Shown here: piece after piece, positions 60,533-64,000 of the stretch | Position numbering within the stretch: the first letter of the stretch is position 1 | Layout of the letters: each line of letters starts with the position of its first letter | Origin: Chloroflexota bacterium | GTDB taxonomy: Bacteria > Chloroflexota > Dehalococcoidia > UBA2979 | Direction: 5' to 3' | Assembly: GCA_027593235.1 (NCBI GenBank) | Contig: JAQCIU010000012.1 | Location: forward strand, 19,893 to 83,892 | DNA length: 64,000 nucleotides | Notes under the pieces: model-generated | What the model saw: the letters and a program-made list of their open reading frames with translations, nothing else | Told to the model about the DNA's origin: nothing | The model's database searches: none | Program-made: the position numbers and the translations under genes

Positions 60533-61020
60533 TCATCCCTCGAGCCTCGCGATCAGGGCATCGATGGCGAGTCTGCTGGCTCGGATGTTGAACGCGTCGT
60601 GGTCGCTGACCGCGCCCCAACGCGCCAGTTCAGCGTCGTTCAGGTGTCGCTCCCGATACTCGCGAGGCGGCAGCCACGCCGCGTCCGAGTGTTCGTTGCT
60701 AAGCTAAGCAGGAGGGGGCCGTCGTCGCATTGGGCGACATAATGGAATCGCAGAATGTCGACGTCATATGCCTGGAGCGGAAGGACACAGAGGTATTCGG
60801 AGGGACCGGTTGGCCTCAAGCCTGATTCCTCGTGGAGTTCGCGGAGCGCCGCGGTCTGCGGATCCTCGCCGGGATCGACCATGCCGCCGGGTAGTGTCCA
60901 GAATCCGACCATCGTTCCGCGGGCGCGCTGCAGGAACGCGACCTTGCCGTCCCTGACCGCGTAGACGCCGGCGGCGAGGCGGTAGGAGCGGGTGTCGTCG
61001 CCCCAGAGGTTCGTGGTCAT
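60533..61020 (-). pseudogene. NUDIX hydrolase frameshifted by a 5-bp tandem duplication
   Basis: Nudix box LPGGMVDPGEDPQTAALRELHEESGL. Removing one CTAAG copy (60699-60708) restores LSNEHSDAAW...ARLEG* and a 160-aa ORF ending at 60533. Confidence 0.8.
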
Positions 61021-61126
61021 CGCGGGATTCGCCTCGAGACGGGGAGTCGTGAGGAGCAGTGCCAGCGTAGCGCGGGGTGAGGCGAGGCGACGAGCACTGC
61101 GCGCCCGATGTGGTCGCCCGTGGCAG

Positions 61127-62614
61127 CTATGCGTCGAGGGCGGCCTTAATCAGCTCCGCTGCTGAGTTCGGGTCGGTACGACCCTTTATCTCGCGCATCA
61201 CCTGGCCCACGAGGAACTTCACGGCGCTGTCCTTGCCGCCCCGGTAGTCCTCGACCGCCTTTGGGTTGGCCTCGATCACCTGCGTAATGACGGCGTCGAT
61301 CGCGCCGCTGTCCGTGACCTGCTTGAGCCCGCGCGCCTCGACGATCGCCTCGGGCAGGTCGCCGCTGTCGAAGGCGAAGCCGAGGACGTCCTTGGCGGTG
61401 CTGGCGGTGATCGTGCCGGCCTCGACGAGGCGGACAAGCTGGGCGACGTGCTCGGGCGTGATGCCAGTGTCGGCCAGCTCGGCGTCGGCGCGGCCAACCT
61501 CGTTGATGCGGCCGGCGACGTCGCCGATGAACCAGTGCGCGACGGCGCGCGCCTTCGTGGGGTCGCCCACCGCGGTGACGGCCGCCTCGTAGTCGTCGGC
61601 GCGCTGGCGCGTCTCGGTCAGCGTCTGCGCCTCGTCGAGCGTCAGGCCATGCTCGCCCTCGAAGCGGGCGGCACGGGCGCGCGGTAGCTCCGGCAGCGCG
61701 GCGCGCAGCTCCTCGACCATCGCGGGCGCGATGTGGAGCGGCGGGAGGTCCGGCTCGGGGAAGTAGCGGTAGTCGTGCGCACCCTCCTTCGAGCGTTGCG
61801 AGGCGGTTTCGCCGCTCGCGTCCACGAAGCCGCGTGTCTCCTGGTCGATCGTGCCGCCGGCGTCGAGGATCGCCGCCTGGCGCACGATCTCAAACTCGAT
61901 CGCCCGCTGCACGGAGCGGAACGAGTTCATGTTCTTCACCTCGACCTTGGCGCCCAGCTCCTCGGCGCCGTACAGCCGCAGCGACACGTTCGCGTCGCAG
62001 CGGAAGGACCCCTTTTCGAGGTCGGCGTCGGAGACGCCCGTGTAGCGGAAGACCTGCCGCAGGTAGCGGAGGAAGGCGACCGCCTCGTCCGAGGAACGGA
62101 GGTCGGGCTTGGAGACCAGTTCCATCAGTGGGACGCCGGCGCGGTTGAAGTCGATCAGCGAGTAGTCCTCGCTGCCGTTGTTGCGGTGCAGCAGACGCCC
62201 CGTGTCCTCCTCGAGGTGGATCCGCTCGAGCTGGATGGTGCGCTTGCCGCGCCCCTCGGTCTCCACCTCGACGTCACCGTCGACGCAGAACGGCTGATCG
62301 AACTGCGTGATCTGGTAGCCCTTCGGGAGATCGGGGTAGGGGTAGTTCTTGCGGTCGAACTTGGCGAACTCGGGGATCGTGCAGCCGAGCGCGAGGCCGG
62401 CGAGGATCGTGTAGGACACCGCCTGCTCGTTGATCACCGGCAGCGTGCCCGGCAGCCCGAGCGTCACCGGGTCGATCAGCGTGTTCGGTTCCTTGTCGAA
62501 GTAGTCCCGCGGGCAGTCCGAGAACATCTTCGACCGGGTGCGGAGCTGGCAGTGCACCTCGAGGCCGATCACGACCTCGTATTTGTCGGTCGGGGCGGCG
62601 GCGGTCGTTGTCAC
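61127..62614 (-). CDS. gatB: Asp-tRNA(Asn)/Glu-tRNA(Gln) amidotransferase subunit B
   Basis: YEVVIGLEVHCQL, FDRKNYPYPDLPKGYQITQ, HLEEDTG, RCDANVS, DYRYFPEPDLPP, FLVGQVM. Confidence 0.97.
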   Translation of the reverse strand: MTTTAAAPTDKYEVVIGLEVHCQLRTRSKMFSDCPRDYFDKEPNTLIDPVTLGLPGTLPVINEQAVSYTILAGLALGCTIPEFAKFDRKNYPYPDLPKGYQITQFDQPFCVDGDVEVETEGRGKRTIQLERIHLEEDTGRLLHRNNGSEDYSLIDFNRAGVPLMELVSKPDLRSSDEAVAFLRYLRQVFRYTGVSDADLEKGSFRCDANVSLRLYGAEELGAKVEVKNMNSFRSVQRAIEFEIVRQAAILDAGGTIDQETRGFVDASGETASQRSKEGAHDYRYFPEPDLPPLHIAPAMVEELRAALPELPRARAARFEGEHGLTLDEAQTLTETRQRADDYEAAVTAVGDPTKARAVAHWFIGDVAGRINEVGRADAELADTGITPEHVAQLVRLVEAGTITASTAKDVLGFAFDSGDLPEAIVEARGLKQVTDSGAIDAVITQVIEANPKAVEDYRGGKDSAVKFLVGQVMREIKGRTDPNSAAELIKAALDA

Positions 62615-62704
62615 GGTGCGTCCTCGGAACTGCGGGCTCGGCGTCTGCGTCTAGTCTAGCGACCGTGTTGCGCGAGGTCGTGTAGCTCGACGAAGGGATC
62701 GGTT

Positions 62705-63949
62705 GTGCGTCTGCCATCGTTCGTCATCGGTGTGCTGACCGTTCTGGTCGCTGCCGCATGTAGCGGAGAGGGTGATGGAACGCCGACGTGAACAGTAGTC
62801 GCGACGGCTGAGCCGTCGAGCGTCGCCAGCGTGACCACCAGCGTCCCGGCGACCGCTGTGCCGACGGCGACACCGGCGGCCAGCGACCCGATCTCCGGAC
62901 TGTTCCGCGAGCCTCGCTTCGAAGATCCTGACGCTTCGGTTGCCCTCGGGCCGGTGCCGTCCTCGGCGTTCCCCGAGCACGACGGGGTGTCGGTGGTGCT
63001 CTACGACATCGAGGCGGGAACAGTCCGGGATCTCGGCATCGGGATGATGGGAGTGTTCAGCCCCGATAACCGCTACATGGCCTGGCGGGCCTTCGCCGAC
63101 GATCGGAGCAAACCGGCGTCGTTGCATGTCATCGAGATCGAGAGCGGCGCGATCGCGGACCTCGGACAGGTTGGCTGGCCAGTCGAGTTCGAGGACGGGC
63201 GGCATCTGCGGATTCGGCCCGAGGACGGAGGATTCATCGAGCTGATCGATGTTGAGACCGGCGAGCAGAAACCAACCGATGCGGCGGACGTGAAGCAACC
63301 TGAACTGCGTTCCGACCACTTCCTGGGCGAGCGGCGCGACATCGGCGGAAGCGGCGAGTTCCTCTACCGGATCTTCGATCGCGACACCACCGATCTGGTG
63401 CTGCAGGTCAGGGCGCTCGACGCCCGGATTGTCCCGCAGGATCAGTTGCTGCTGCTGGTCGATGCGGGTCTTGGGGTCGGCAACATCTTTCTCGTTGACC
63501 TCAAGTCGTTCGAGGCGAACTTCGTGGCCACGACGCTGACGGAGCCGTTCGCGTTCTCGACGATCCCCCTGGTCGCCAACGAGCACCACATCGTGTGGAC
63601 GCCTAACGCCTGCGACTTCGACTACTACCAGGCGCTCGAAGGTGTGGCTGCGGAGAACCTCGAGCGGCGGCCCGGCAGCGAACCGGCGCAGGGCAACACC
63701 TTGATCTACGACCGGGCGACAGGAACAACTACCGAACTGCGGGACGCGCGGGTGATTGTCGTGGAGTTCACCCCGGACGGCCGGCTGGTCGATGGGATCT
63801 TTGGCGGACTGGCATTGCTCGACCCCGCAACGCTGACGTGGGACGTCGTCCTGCCTTCGTCCGGCAGCACCGATGTCAGTTGGTCCGCGGACTACCGATA
63901 CGCGAGCCGAGGCGAACAGCCCGGGCACGGTGGCTATTGTCCGCCATAG
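62705..63949 (+). pseudogene. Beta-propeller-like lipoprotein interrupted by an in-frame TGA (62789-62791)
   Basis: GTG 62705 with AAGGGA RBS encodes MRLPSFVIGVLTVLVAAAC (lipobox), in frame with the 62831-63949 ORF. One TGA lies in the Thr/Pro linker. FSPDNRY, FTPDGR and WSADYRY resemble propeller turns. Confidence 0.7.
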
Positions 63950-64000
63950 CGACACCAAATGAGCCAAGATCGAAACGGCCGGCGCTCACGCGCCGGCCGT

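Overview
High-GC (roughly 70% by eye) bacterial chromosomal window, most consistent with Chloroflexota/Dehalococcoidia-like organisms (inferred from gene content, not verified). It is mostly housekeeping: tig-clpP-clpX, tlyA-nadK, an Sdh1-type succinate dehydrogenase facing fumC-mdh-icd, an acyl-CoA carboxylase beta subunit, hydantoinase/oxoprolinase AB, rplY, rlmN, fmt, a second clpP, secG, a heterodimeric ABC exporter, yvcK and gatB. No rRNA, tRNA, CRISPR array or intact transposase was seen. The standout is a 1010-aa orphan (47334-50366, minus). It carries the catalytic motifs of class II (anthrax edema factor/CyaA/ExoY) nucleotidyl cyclases, with the R/G/K/K and DxD spacings conserved. It lacks most of the host-activator switch A segment and is anchored by a single C-terminal TM helix that would place the enzyme in the producer's own cytoplasm. 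Other points of interest: a 6S-like structured ncRNA (about 56477-56695); a HEPN partnered with a catalytically dead MNT behind a Tat-less DUF1800/DUF1501/NHL operon; a four-fold His-repeat helical protein; a lipoprotein gene interrupted by an in-frame TGA followed by a SECIS-like hairpin; a NUDIX gene broken by a 5-bp CTAAG duplication; and at least eight apparently leaderless genes.
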